63,618 bases of DNA, filler included, from Globobulimina sp. (GCA_003354225.1; 26 parts of 26 records of this genome joined end to end with filler, not necessarily neighbours in it), one strand, 5' to 3'; positions 24,740-37,572 are shown, counted from the whole stretch's first letter. Notes: a model not told the origin generated them from the letters alone. Numbers and translations are program-made.

Positions 24740-26401
24740 TTTGTACAAATCGAATGGGTATTATGTACCAACATAAATGATGATGGGGAGATATGCCGCA
24801 AAGAGAATTATTATGATGGGCTTAGCGACCATATATTTAATTTGAATTCGAACTACTTATTTCATCATTCATTATTAAATTTAAAAACAGATTCCGTCCA
24901 CGAATCAGGCGTCACTGGCTACGGTTTCCTTCAGCAAATGAAAAAATTATATATTAATTGTGGTTCACCAAATGATTTCCCAACGCAACACACCATTATT
25001 AATGCATGGTTAGCTTTTGTTAAATTACAAGCATGGCGGCACACGTTCATTGATCCTTTTTGTGATCGAGGGCTACGATTACCCGGACAGGAAGGGGAGG
25101 TTGACATGGTTGTAGGTGACGGTGTTTTTGTTGCTTTTCCCAAAAAGTTTTCTGACAATATTACATCACCAGCCACTGTTTTTGACGAAACGTTTTTTGT
25201 AAAGAACAAAGTGTCTGAAACGAATCGATATATTTCAAATTTACAAAATAGATGTCTATTGCACAGACTTTATCAAACAATATTTACAAAAATGAGGCGC
25301 GAAACTAAATTAGATAAGATTAACGAAACAGACACAGAGATTTTATTTAATTGGTTGGTTAATAATAATTACAATAATGTAAAAGAGTATGCAGTATATA
25401 TACAAGACAACATGGAAGAAATTAAAATAACACAATTAAAGGAACGATATAAAACACATGGATATAAAACAACATATCGCGAATCAACAAAAGATTTTTT
25501 CAGAGCTGTCATATCAAATGAACCTGTTTTTCAACTGTTTCAAAACAATATTTGTCAATATTTTATTGATGGCCAACATTCCGTGATGTCCAACAAACTA
25601 TTAATCCGCAAATGGTCTCCAGTATTATTCAATATTATATTTTTATTTGATGTATCACTTCCTGATTGTTTTTGGTTATTATGTCGTGATATTGCGACAA
25701 AAGCTAAGCGTATCTATGGGAAATATCTGCGAAAAAGAGCTAATTTTGAGATTGAAAGGCCTCCATCGGCAGAAGCATTGGCAACATATGAAGAGTGGAT
25801 GGAGTCTGGTTCGTATTATGCAGCCAAATTGAAACGGATTCGTCCACGATATCAATTAGATGATGAAAAGGATGTGGATCCGGATGATAGCTTATCTTGT
25901 TCGAAAAACTGGGTTTCATTTAAAGGCTTGACCGGATGTATATGGATTCTCAGGTGTGCAGTACATGGTATTTGTATCGGCTTTCATGTGGTAAAACATT
26001 CCGAAGGTTTGAATGATCCGTTTTCTGCCACCTTTTGCCACTTCAAAACTGCTCCCAAACTCCAAATTGCAGATTTTAATTGCCGATATTCATCATATGC
26101 CACGCAAAGAGAACCTGAATATTTTAAAGATACAGTTATTTCAAATGATGAATGCCATGGTGGCGGTTGCCACAAAGCATGCAGTAATACCTATAACGTA
26201 CGTGTTTTTAAAGATTCGTCAGATCCGCATTATTGTACTATCAATGATTCAGCGGCAGAACAGCGAAATAGACCCATTAATAAAATAAAAGAGAGCGCGC
26301 GTTATTTTAGAAAACAGTTATTTATGATTGTGGTCAGACAAATATTAGGAATGGATAATAGAAAGTTAATTCGGCGTGTTCATAAAATTAAAAATGTTTG
26401 A
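24740..26401 (+). mobile_element. KDZ (Kyakuja-Dileera-Zisupton)/HMGXB3-like transposase, 5'-truncated, uninterrupted frame
   Basis: Cys cluster C..C..YDG..IFNLN..LFHH; VGDGV; CSKNW..LTGCIW..CAVHGIC.GFH..SEG.ND.F; P..IADFNC..Y..REPEYF..D.CH..H..C; INDSAAEQ.N. Confidence 0.78.
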
Positions 26402-26769
26402 TCGAAATTGATAAAATTACCTTGTTCTTGTGTTATTTAATGTGATTGGATGGTTCTTGATTTCTTGGAGTCTGTTTCTTGCGAATTTGCGTAATCGAAT
26501 AAATCGTACTGGTTCAAATCCATATATATATATATATCGCCGCTTAAATACAATACTGCATCGCTTAAATACATCACAGCATCGATTTTCAGCATGTTAC
26601 AAATACCAACGATGATCAACATCACTGCTATTGATAGCCAATCGGTGCAGACGCCATGGTCCCAGCGCAACTAAAGAGTAGAGTTTATTTTAAGTAACAA
26701 GATTAAATAAAATTTATTTAAGTAACAAGGTAATTAATTATACAATGAATACAATACATATTCAATACA

Positions 26770-27111
26770 TTATCGTCGTCGAAATTGCCTGGCGGTATTC
26801 CGTATTTGTGTCACAATGGTTCCGTTCTGTTGTTGTACAGCTGCCATCAAATAATTATGCTGGTTTTTCCAAACTCGTGCATTGCTTTCCATCCTCGCAT
26901 ACTCCCGTGACATCTTAACCATTGCCCTCTTCGCAACCCCGACTTCATCCCACTGCCCCCAATTAACATCGTCATTGTCGGAATCATTGTCGAATTCGAT
27001 ATCTTCGGCGAGTCTCTTTGCTCCCTCTGCGGTGCTACGACCAGGTGCCTCTTCTCCATCCTCTTCTTCATCCTCTTCTCCATCCGCTTCTCCCTCAGCG
27101 ATTCGTTGAAC
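26770..27111 (-). CDS. Acidic hypothetical protein C-terminus, convergent with the transposase; this frame is absent from the ORF track
   Basis: Manual translation VQRIAEGEADGEEDEEE...ARQFRRR*, open from the contig edge. Confidence 0.5.
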   Translation of the reverse strand, partial: VQRIAEGEADGEEDEEEDGEEAPGRSTAEGAKRLAEDIEFDNDSDNDDVNWGQWDEVGVAKRAMVKMSREYARMESNARVWKNQHNYLMAAVQQQNGTIVTQIRNTARQFRRR

Positions 27112-27229
27112 NNNNNNNNNNNNNNNNNNNNNNNNNNNNNNNNNNNNNNNNNNNNTTAATTAATTAANNNNNNNNNNNNNNNNNNNNNNNNNNNNNNNNN
27201 NNNNNNNNNNNAATATTTTAACAAATAAT

Positions 27230-28524
27230 GTGCATAAATTTAATTATAATCAGTCGTTTGCCATTTGGGGGGATAATGTTTTAACTTTTGAACAATTTAA
27301 ATTGTTTCAAACATTTATTATTTGCTTAGAAATTGAAATTAAGGAAAACAATGAATGTAAAACGAACGGGGATAACATGCATATTAATGAGTTATTGAGT
27401 GCACCGCCATATCATCCACAAATTGTGAGTAACGAACCGGTGAAAGCAGTAAAATATCACGGTGTGTTAGTAAAATTTAATGAGATTTTAAATTTTGGAT
27501 TCATTGAATGTGACGACGATAACATTGAGCCGCATTTATATGTTCATTTTACAGAATTTCGATTCAATAAACGTTTGTTATATAAAGGCATGAGATTACA
27601 ATTTGACATTGAAATATCTCGCAATTATAATATTAATGAGAGAGACAAGAAAAGGGCAATTAATGTTGAATTGGAAGCGCAGCAAATACAAATAATTGAT
27701 ATTGATAATGAATCAAACATATCACACATAACTAGCACTGCCTCGGCCACTGCAAAAATGCAAGAACTTGTCGACAATTTAGGTATGTTTATATATATAA
27801 TTTTAATGTTTATTATCTGTTTTCATAAATGAAAGGATGTCTGATGCAGTCTGTAAATAGTATGGATTTTCGAGTCAATGAAATGCAAAATAATATGACA
27901 GATAAATTTAATATTTTACAGGCGAAACAATCCAATGATATGGCTAAGATTGAAAAGAAAATGAATGCAATGATTGCGCATTTTAGCGAACAATTACAAA
28001 ATGTGCGGTTTTCATTGAATATTAATCAAAAGATTTTAGATAAAAAAATATCAATTTTACAAGAAAAGAGTATTTGTAAACACACAGAAATTAAAAATAT
28101 GAAAACAAGTATTAAATATTTAAAACAATGCATGGATGGTATCAAGAAAGAAAATAATCGGAATAACAATGGTGATGATAATGAAACGGATGAAAAAGAA
28201 ATGTCTCAGTTCGAGAAAATAAGAAATTGGTTCACTGAGAAAGTTAATTTGCCGCAATATTTTCAATTATTTATAAACAATGGATACGATGATATGGGCA
28301 TTATTTTGGATATAAATGATGAGGATTTAATGCAAATTGGCATTAATAAAATTGGTCATAGGAAACAAATACTTAAATGTATAAATATATTACAAAATAA
28401 TGAGGAAGATACTGATATAGAATCTATATTTAATTCCTCTGAAATGCAGCAAGAATCTTCATTAATATTATCATCCCAAGGATTGCAACAAACAATCAAT
28501 GATCATATTTGCTCCAAGTGTTAA
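27230..28524 (+). CDS. Cold-shock domain + coiled coil + SAM domain protein (intron 27783-27835)
   Basis: HGVLVKFN..NFGFI..LYVHFTE..RAINV; SAM pattern W..VNLPQY..LF..NGYD..DL.QIGI.KIGHR.QIL. The GT-AG intron joins the two frames. Confidence 0.85.
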
Positions 28525-28774
28525 TTTTTCTGTGCCCAAGTCATAATTTGTAATCATTATTTTTTTACTTAATTTTACTTAATTTTACTTTCTTAATGTT
28601 TTTGTTTGATTCACATCATGTCATTAAATCCGAATGCATTTTTGCAAACAATTATGGATGCACCACACACCAATCATATGATCTGGCTGCGATTATGTAA
28701 TTATGTAATTATAATTATTATGCTAAGTTAGTATCAATTATGAGTTCATATTTGGCGTTGAATTAAACGCAAAT

Positions 28775-29584
28775 ATGAAACCAACCAAACTATCACATAA
28801 AGAGAAAAGAAATATGCTCCGAGAACTCTTAGAGGATAAACTTAAATGTGGTGACTCTTCAAACAATACGATATCCGTTACACACAACATCCATCACGAG
28901 AACAATGATAACGATAACTCTGTTTCATCCGATGATGACTGGAATGTATTAAATTGTCCCGCTGAGCACAAACAAGTCACTGTGAATCAACTTAACCCAA
29001 AACACAACAATACACCGTCAGACAATCCAATCAACGAAAGTGTACCAATGCAAAATCCCGAAAGTGCAGCATCAAAAAAGTCACAACATTCATTATCTCC
29101 AATAAAACAAGAAAAGCTCGAGCAAGCACCGATCATTGATTCAAATGAAACAAAATCGATTTCTGTCAATGTCCAAGACATCAAAACTGCAGAAATCAAA
29201 AAAAACGAAAACGTTTTCGCATCTGCGGAATACGCATTGTCTCCGAAAGCGCTGCATGTCCAATCATCAATAAATAGCAGTGTTCTATCCTCAATCAGGA
29301 ACTCTATGCAACAGTCCTTTCCTGGCTACCAACCAGCGGCAAACAACCTGAATTTCCCTGGAATGACTGGCAACATCTTAGCTGGGACGTTAATGCCTGT
29401 AATCCCAACTTATAACAGCATCAATAATCAACCACAAGCTCCATTTTTACCACCATACCAAGGATACAATGATTACGTTCCAATGATACCACATTTACAC
29501 TATGATGAAGCGGCTCAATCTGAACCAAAATACAATCATATTGAAAGTGCATATGATTTGCCACCATCAACCTTGGCGGATTAT
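28775..29584 (+). CDS. Low-complexity hypothetical protein, 3'-truncated
   Basis: 270-codon open frame rich in N/S/P/Q. Confidence 0.55.
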
Positions 29585-29684
29585 NNNNNNNNNNNNNNNN
29601 NNNNNNNNNNNNNNNNNNNNNNNNNNNNTTAATTAATTAANNNNNNNNNNNNNNNNNNNNNNNNNNNNNNNNNNNNNNNNNNNN

Positions 29685-29944
29685 TGTTCCCGATAAGAGG
29701 TACGCATATTAGTACTAATATATATATTAGTTGTACTAATATATTTATAGAATGGAGCACATGTCACGCATTTTTTTACTAATATATAATATATATATTA
29801 TTAGCTAATATATATTATTAACTAATATATATATTATATATTGGTAAAAAAACGCGTGACATGTGCTCCATTCTATAAATATATTAGTACAACTAATATA
29901 TATATTAGTACTAATATGCGTACCTCTTATCGGGAACACTACTG
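29685..29944. mobile_element. Palindromic MITE, Tc1/mariner-like (left end cut by the contig edge)
   Basis: Arms of ~120 bp, TGTTCCCGATAAGAGG.../...CCTCTTATCGGGAACA. The right end reads ...GAACACTACTG|TA, i.e. a CAGT- terminus with a TA flank. Confidence 0.7.
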
Positions 29945-30098
29945 TATACAAATTGCTATGTACAGTTTCAAGTACCATGAAACTTGTTACGTAGTTCAAA
30001 TACCATGAACATGCATAACTACCTACAACACATAGAGCAGACAGAAACAAAAGTCGTTCAACACAACTCAGTCAACAAACTGAAGTTGCAAAGTTTTC

Positions 30099-31464
30099 TT
30101 AAAATGTAAAAATACGCGCTCTGAGGGTGACGCTCTCTCTGTGAGGCAATGGCAAAACAACAACCACAGAAAAACAACAACAGACATACTGATAATTCTG
30201 AGCGATAACCGGCGGAGTATTCGCCCTCGACCTCGCGCGAAAAGCTCCATTAGTCAGATGATTGCCACGGAGCCATTTATTCGCTTTCCGCGTTCTGTTA
30301 ATTTGCTTATGTAGCATCCGCGGACAGTTACGCTTAAAATGCGGGCCCTGACACTCATAACAACGCAAAGCGGTAACAGCCGGACGGGCTGCCACCTTAT
30401 TTGCCATTGCGGGGACAGCACCCGATACGTTCGACGATGCCGCAATACTGACGTAAGCCTGAAGACATTCATCGGGCAAATTCTGCCATGGTCTGACGCT
30501 CCCGACATTGCTTATTCAATTTCTTCAACAACGCCAACATGTGCTTGGCTTCTTCCGGCTGCAAACCCTCAGTAAGATTATCCATCTCTGTCTTGGTTTC
30601 GGTGTCAACATCCATGGCATCAGTTTGCTTGCGGTCAGATTGGTCAGTTTGCGAATGGTCAGATTGGTTTGCTGTCGTTCCTGAATTCGCCGTTGCCGAA
30701 GTACCTGTGGCCGAAGTACCAGTGTTCTGAGGACGTACCGGTGGCTGTAAAAGACCAGCTTGTCGATGGATGGCGGATTAAATGGCCTGAAAGGCAGTGG
30801 CGATCTGTTGTGCTGCTTCCAATGATAACAAAGCCGAGACCTGGGGCTGTAAAATGGTATCAGCCGCAGCCTTCACAGCATCAACAGTCGATAGATGAAT
30901 ACTAATACGATCATAAACATTGCTAAACGTCGCCCTCAGCTCCATTAAGGTAGCCACACCATCCGTGTCCAGGCCCCAATCGGCTAATTTCTTATAATCT
31001 ACATTCGCCAAAGTAGCGGCACGCCGATTGGCATTGTTATTGTCGGATGCATTGGACGCAGCAATGTGCGATTTAAGAGACGCTTTGATATCTTTCAGCA
31101 AACGTTTAATCATCAAAATGGTATCCAACTTCAAACAGGACATGACATCCCCCAACAAAATGGATAACATGGAGACCATCCTCTGGTCACGGACATAATC
31201 AGAACCCTGCAATCGAACAAAGAAAGGCTTCAATCGATTACGAATAGCAAGGCGCGCCTCGGGAGTGGTTAATACTAAATGTCGTTTGCGAGACGGTCGC
31301 TCGTCATCAACTGCATCACCCCAATCACAAATATTGTAACATGTAGGAAAAAAGAGAACGCCATTGGCAATCCACTGAGATGCAACAATACCCGCAGCAG
31401 AACGCGCCATGTCTTTATATCCTTGCTGTGTCAAACGCGATATGGTCTTCAACGCTCCTGACAT
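30099..31464 (-). pseudogene. Decayed gag-like ORF with CCHC zinc knuckle
   Basis: The frame continues past an in-frame TAA at 30778-30780 (..AI*SAIHRQ..AMDVD..), then frameshifts near 30480 into CYECQGPHFKRNC. Confidence 0.55.
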
Positions 31465-31819
31465 TGTACTTACTTATTCTACGTCGAATCACTTTTACTT
31501 GTATTTATTTTTCTTACTTTTACTTGTATTTAATCGATAAATGTAAAAAGTGTGTGTGTGTGTACTCCCTTGTTGTCAGGAGTAAAGAAAAATTTTTGAA
31601 AGTTTCGAAGAGAACGAGATGATTGCTTGCATCTTGTCCATAATTCAAATATGTTTTTTTTGTTTTGTTTCTTGTCAGATATTTATCATTCACTTTCTTT
31701 ATTGTATTTTTCCACTTAAATTCACTGTATTTTGATTGCGAGCGACAGAACTCGGAAGATAGTTAATGCCCAAGATTTGCTGTGAATTTTATTTCTTTTT
31801 TTACGCGCGGTATACAGTC

Positions 31820-32056
31820 AAAATTACCAGTGGTGACCATGTCGCATTTTAACGTTGCTGTTGCTAGTCACATGAATGAAGTACTTTCATTGCTAAAGGT
31901 GAATAATAAAGGATGGAATAGCCAATTATTTGAAGATGAGATAAGAATCGAAGAATATTTATGTGCTGATTGTGGCTCAGTTTGTTGTGATGCGGTGGAA
32001 TTAGGCTGCAATCATAATGATGAAGAAATATGTTTATATTGCAAGCAATGTTTAAA
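31820..32056 (+). CDS. RING/TRAF-type zinc-finger protein, N-terminal fragment
   Basis: YLCADC..VCCDAVELGCNH...LYCKQCL. Confidence 0.65.
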
Positions 32057-32292
32057 NNNNNNNNNNNNNNNNNNNNNNNNNNNNNNNNNNNNNNNNNNNN
32101 TTAATTAATTAANNNNNNNNNNNNNNNNNNNNNNNNNNNNNNNNNNNNNNNNNNNNCCAATAATGTACAATATTTTACCAATCACGTACAAGATTTCTAT
32201 TTTACTGTCACTAGGTCAGTAAACGGGTCAAAAGGAGTGGAGTAATTCCACTTTTACTGCGTTTTTTTGGGTAAATTATTATAACAAAATAT

Positions 32293-33636
32293 TTCAGACC
32301 CATTGGTATATCCGGTATGTTGGCAAAATTGGCTGAGTCTGAGGCGTGTAATATTAATAAAACGGCCTTAAACAGTAACATTGACCCAGCCCAGATAGGC
32401 ATTGGTGTTAAGCACGGAGCTGAAGGCATGATCGAAATGCACCGCCGAGCTGCTTATTTCATGCAACATTCGCATGGATACGAAACGGATTCAGACGACG
32501 ACGAAGACATTAAATCTGAGGAAAAGTCCGAATTCTACAGCTTGCTTCAAACGGACATTGAGAATTGTTTCAACTCTATGAACAACGAAGAAGTATTAAA
32601 ATTATACGCGAAATACATCCCCAATCTATATCCTTTGATGTATAGTATGTACAAGAACCCGTTCAAGATATTTTTAGCTGACGGTACAATTTTGAATCAT
32701 CGTAATGGCGGCGTCCAAGGTCGCATCACATCCGGTTATAGTTTAGCTTTGGTACAGCACGAAATTGAACAAAATGTGAAAAATAAATGCATTTCGATTA
32801 TGCGCCGGTATAAAACTGAAGGAAGATCGTATTACATCGATGATAATGGACAATTGGCGAAGAATGTTTTTAATTTACTTTATTTGCGCATTTATAATCA
32901 ACAAGCTTTGATTTATGGATTGAATCTGAAAGACAATAAAACGCAATTAATTATTGGTAAAACATTGGACGAATTATATGATGCATTACTATCGGATATT
33001 GACTTTATAAATGCACTACACACACCCGGTGCGGATAAAATTGATTTTACGAATTTGAAAGTATTAGAAAACGCATCCTTTGAGGTTATGGGAGTCCGCA
33101 TCGGCAACCAAGAGGATGTGGACACATTTATGTACGATAAAATCACAAAGTGGCTCAAGAACATTAAAATGATATTGAAACTTAAGTCGATTCAACATCA
33201 ATACGTATTATTATCAAATTTTTATAACATAAATAAAATAAATTACCTGGCACGCAACCTATCGTACAACGGCATAAATAAATGGCAGATTAAATTTGAT
33301 GAGATATTCATTGGTATACACAACAAAATAATTGGACAAACTATGTCAGATATCACTGTAAAACATGCAAGTATTTCGTGCAAACGATGTGGTCTAAGCA
33401 TGCGCACAATTACCCAACTTAACAGCGCGGCATTCATATCCTCCAATTCGAGTACAGGCGATGTATAAAAGTTGTTATTGGACAGAAATGTGATCAGTTA
33501 TACCGACAAATTTATGTACAACATGAGGGAGTTAGCATATAATAACTTCAATTCCAAAGTCTTACCCCAGTTTAGAATCAATCAAGAGCACAATTTAAGA
33601 TATTTGCAATCGGATTTATTGGATCGATCGCATTGA
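32293..33636 (+). mobile_element. CRE-clade-like non-LTR retrotransposon RT fragment, degenerate
   Basis: FRPIGI, QIGIGVKHGAE, DIENCFNS, GGVQG, YIDD, GLNL..NKT, VMGVRIG, INYLAR, GLSMR..AAFISS. There is an internal TAA at 33466, and the frame continues beyond it. Confidence 0.75.
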
Positions 33637-33679
33637 TAAGTCATATCTGAGTGAGTTATATAATATATATGGTGATTAA

Positions 33680-34528
33680 CGTTTGACTCAATGGCATGCG
33701 TAAAATACGAGGAATCTATAATTAATACATTATTCATATAAATTAGGAAGAAATCCCAGATTTGAAAGGAAGAGTCCATATAATTTGTGCCAATGTACTC
33801 AATAAACGACGCAAATCCTTCATTGAGCCACAAATCATTCCACCACGTCATAGTGACAATATTCCCGAACCATTGGTGTGCAAATTCGTGCGCTATCACC
33901 ACGACAACCCGTTGCAATGCGGACTGGGCTGAACTCGCCACATCGACCAATAACGCAGTTCGTCGATAGGTTACAAGGCCCCAATTCTCCATGGCTCCCG
34001 CGGCAAAATCAGATAATGCCAAACAGTCCATTTTGGGCAACGGGAATGTTACACCAAATAAGCTCTCATAATATGGCAATATGATATCTTAACTGCAGCG
34101 GATAACGCATATTTTGCATGATTTATGTCGGAATCTATGGGGAAATATTTTAAAATGTGATTTGAAGGAAGGTGCTTTCAAACTGTGTCACTGCATTATA
34201 TATTGTTGTGTTTAAGTATTTATAATAGCTGCACGAAATGATGCCATTTGAGATGATAATAATACGTCAAATATGAATGATATTATTTGTGTGTCATTAT
34301 TGTATGTTTGTAGTGTGGATTTAATATGTTTGTTATTTTCATATCCGACAATAATTAATGAGACATTTGTTTTTTTCATGTCTGGTCCAATGTGCATGTC
34401 GATACTTAGTGGTTTATTGCCGGCATTGTTAATGTTTAAATCATCTGTCGATATGTTGATGGATATTGATTCATATCCAGTAAACGTAAAATTTCTAAAA
34501 TTTGGTGCTAATGTTAGGTTGTATTGGA
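33680..34528 (-). pseudogene. Aminopeptidase N (peptidase M1) pseudogene with internal deletions
   Basis: YNLTLAPNF..FTFTG, AVTQFES, FAAGAMENWGL, HEFAHQWFGN..WLNEGFA. Intervening conserved segments are missing and frames are broken. Confidence 0.8.
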
Positions 34529-34629
34529 NNNNNNNNNNNNNNNNNNNNNNNNNNNNNNNNNNNNNNNNNNNNTTAATTAATTAANNNNNNNNNNNNNNNN
34601 NNNNNNNNNNNNNNNNNNNNNNNNNNNNG

Positions 34630-37000
34630 GATGAAATACTAAACCATGATGAGTTTGATTTTAAAGATATACAGTTTTATTCTGATAAAAGGTTGGATGA
34701 TATTCGATCTGTTCATTTTTTACGGTGCGAGCCTGATTATGTTTGTTGTATATGTAATCAACGTAAATGGGAAAATAAAATTTACTTTATGAAAAGTAAC
34801 GAAGTATATTTTTTACCAAAATATGATGATATAACAGAGACCAAAATTCATTATTCACGGGAATCAATAATAGGACAAATTTGCATGTATGATTATAACA
34901 ATTATATTAAAAAACAAATTGCAATCGATCGTCTATTTTATGGTTTTTATGGAGAGATTCCTAAGTCTGTTGAAGAGTTATCTATACATGGTAGATCATG
35001 TTGCACCAACTTATCTACAGTTATGAATTTACAACGTGCACGTCTTAAAACAGGAAGGTCATCGTTTTTAAAAAAAAAAGGACAATCAGGATATTCTTTT
35101 CAAATTAAACATGGGTTACACGACTCTATGACTGGATTACGCGTTGCAAGAATTCAAAGCAAGCAAATAATTAGAATAAAATTTACAGAAGAAAAACAAA
35201 AAATAAAAAAAAATATTGCAGAAAGTTCTAAACCAGTTGAATTACGTTGTGGAATCTGTAAAATGAAAATGGGAATATGTTCAGACATTAAAACAGCAAT
35301 CTTTAGTGAATTTATTAATCATTTAAATATTTGTATTGAACGCAGTGAAGAAATTAAACAAATTGAATGTGCAGTAAAAGATTTAGCGAAATATGGTCAT
35401 GTTTCTGATAAAATTAATTTTACAGACGTTCAGAAACAGTTAAAAACACAATGGTTAAGAGATAAAGATAATAAAAACACTCAACCAATTTATTGTGGTG
35501 ATTTTGTACGTCGAAATTATTTAAAAGCAAATGTTTATCTTTTATTAAAAAAACAATATCCTCATTATTGTAAGGTATCTTTTGATAGAACTGAAGCATT
35601 TGAACAAAATCTCACCAAATGGATTATTCAAAATAGTCACAACTTATTAAATCAAAGGAAATGTTATCCGACAAGATTACAATACCAAGATTTATCAAAC
35701 ATGTTACAAACTGACATAAAAACTGTTCAAGTATGGTTTTATAATAATTGTAAAACAATATTGTTAGCTCATAATAAAATAAATGCTGACACAATACATA
35801 AACATTATGTACCGATTATAAAACATTACATTCGAGCAAATTGTGGTGTGTTATGGCTAAATGGTTATAAACTCAATGATAAAATGAAACAGAACTTATC
35901 AGAAAACGCTAAAATATCACTATCAAAAGTTGAAAAAATAGTTACTGTTGAATACATATCTGATATTTTAAAAAACATTTATAATAAACCAGGATTATTA
36001 CAACGTATTATATTGGATCTTATTCAAATACATTCAAATATATCAGATGTTGTTTTGACTCGAATGCAACATGATTTTAATGTTACTCATACTAACCTAC
36101 AAATGATATATAATCATCTTTTTGACAAAGTTATTGAATATAATACTAATCAAACTGTTAATATGTGTCGTTTTAAATGTAAACACTGTAATTGGACAAA
36201 TTTATCACAACTATCAGTTAAAATACATGAAGAGCTACCTCATGGTTATTTTTGTGTTTTTTGTCCTTTGAAATTTACCAATTTATTCACATTAGATAAA
36301 CATCATCATTTAAATCATGAAAAAGTTTGTAATTTTATATTTTTTTAAAAATAAACATATTTTCTTTATATTTGAAAAAAAAAAAAAAAAAAACAAAGAA
36401 ATTTGTCCGTTATGTAATTTAATGAAAGCATGCAATGTTGATGTGTGGACAAAACATCTTGTTCTTAAACATTCAGTGCCTTGCAATTTTTATCCAAATT
36501 GCAGATCTTCATTTGTAAGAGAAAGAGATTTGCAAAAACATTTATCGAATCATTGTATATTTGTTAAAGACAAAAGAATATCATTAACTGTTAATAATAT
36601 TGAGATTATAGATAACGAATTAAAACAATCTCTTTCAACTAACGATGATCTTTACGTTTCAAACTCTAATGAGAATAAATTATCTCTTGTAGGTAAAACA
36701 AACATAACTGTTGATCAAAAAAATGATTTTAATGATTTAATATTTAATATTGTTAAAAAATATCAATTTATAAATATTAACTTAAATAAAGCAGAATGTG
36801 ATATTAATAAAATAAGCAGCTTTTTATTGGAATTATCAAAAAATGCATTTATTAATAAAATACATTTGATTAAAACAAATTGGATTCTTAAAAATTTTGT
36901 CACTTCATTAACATTTAATGAATTAAAACTATTGTTTGTAGGATGTGAAATTGATATTAAAAAATCAGTGTTTAATTTTATTGATGGAATAAAAGAAACA
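34630..37000 (+). mobile_element. Possible Helitron-like (DUF6570-type) large ORF with homeodomain-like segment and C2H2 fingers; frame break near 36320-36395
   Basis: VCCIC...GEIPKSVEELS...FVRR..K..LLLKKQYPHY..V.FD resembles Helitron N-terminal regions; YPT..L...L..DIKTVQVWFYN; several CxxC...H...H motifs. Confidence 0.45.
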
Positions 37001-37572
37001 NNNNNNNNNNNNNNNNNNNNNNNNNNNNNNNNNNNNNNNNNNNNTTAATTAATTAANNNNNNNNNNNNNNNNNNNNNNNNNNNNNNNNNNNNNNNNNNNN
37101 GTCCAGATATTGTTGTTTGTTTTCTTCCATTTGTAGAATTTCAGCAAGGATCCAATCAATATTATAGTTTGAACCATGAACGTTCTGTATAAATTGAACA
37201 TTTGTAGTTACTATCCGCAAATTCGCAATTCATTTTGGTGGCAGATGGACATTTAAAAAAAAGGAAAGTATATTAATTTTAGCATGATGAATGCATTAAA
37301 ACCTCGTAATCAGTTAATGCACTTTCTATATCATTGTCTGGAAATCCCATCAAAGTCAGAGTTGATTTAATATCTTGCTTTGTCGCCCTATGTTATTAAT
37401 ATTCTTCAATTAAATACAGAAAAAAAGTAAATATGAGCAGCACATACATTTTAGTTTCGAGAGAGAGTAAAAAGATTTTTAAGCAAGGAAGTTCAGTAAT
37501 CTTGTTTATACGATACAAATTTAGTCAATTATACAGTCATTATTGTCAATTATATACACATTTCATTTGCGT

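Noticed and set aside
30778-33468. TAA reassigned to Gln (in-frame TAA in the gag-like and CRE ORFs)
   Set aside because: Ubiquitin, ferredoxin and SET genes end at TAA, and long host ORFs have no internal TAA. Point mutations in decayed elements explain both cases.
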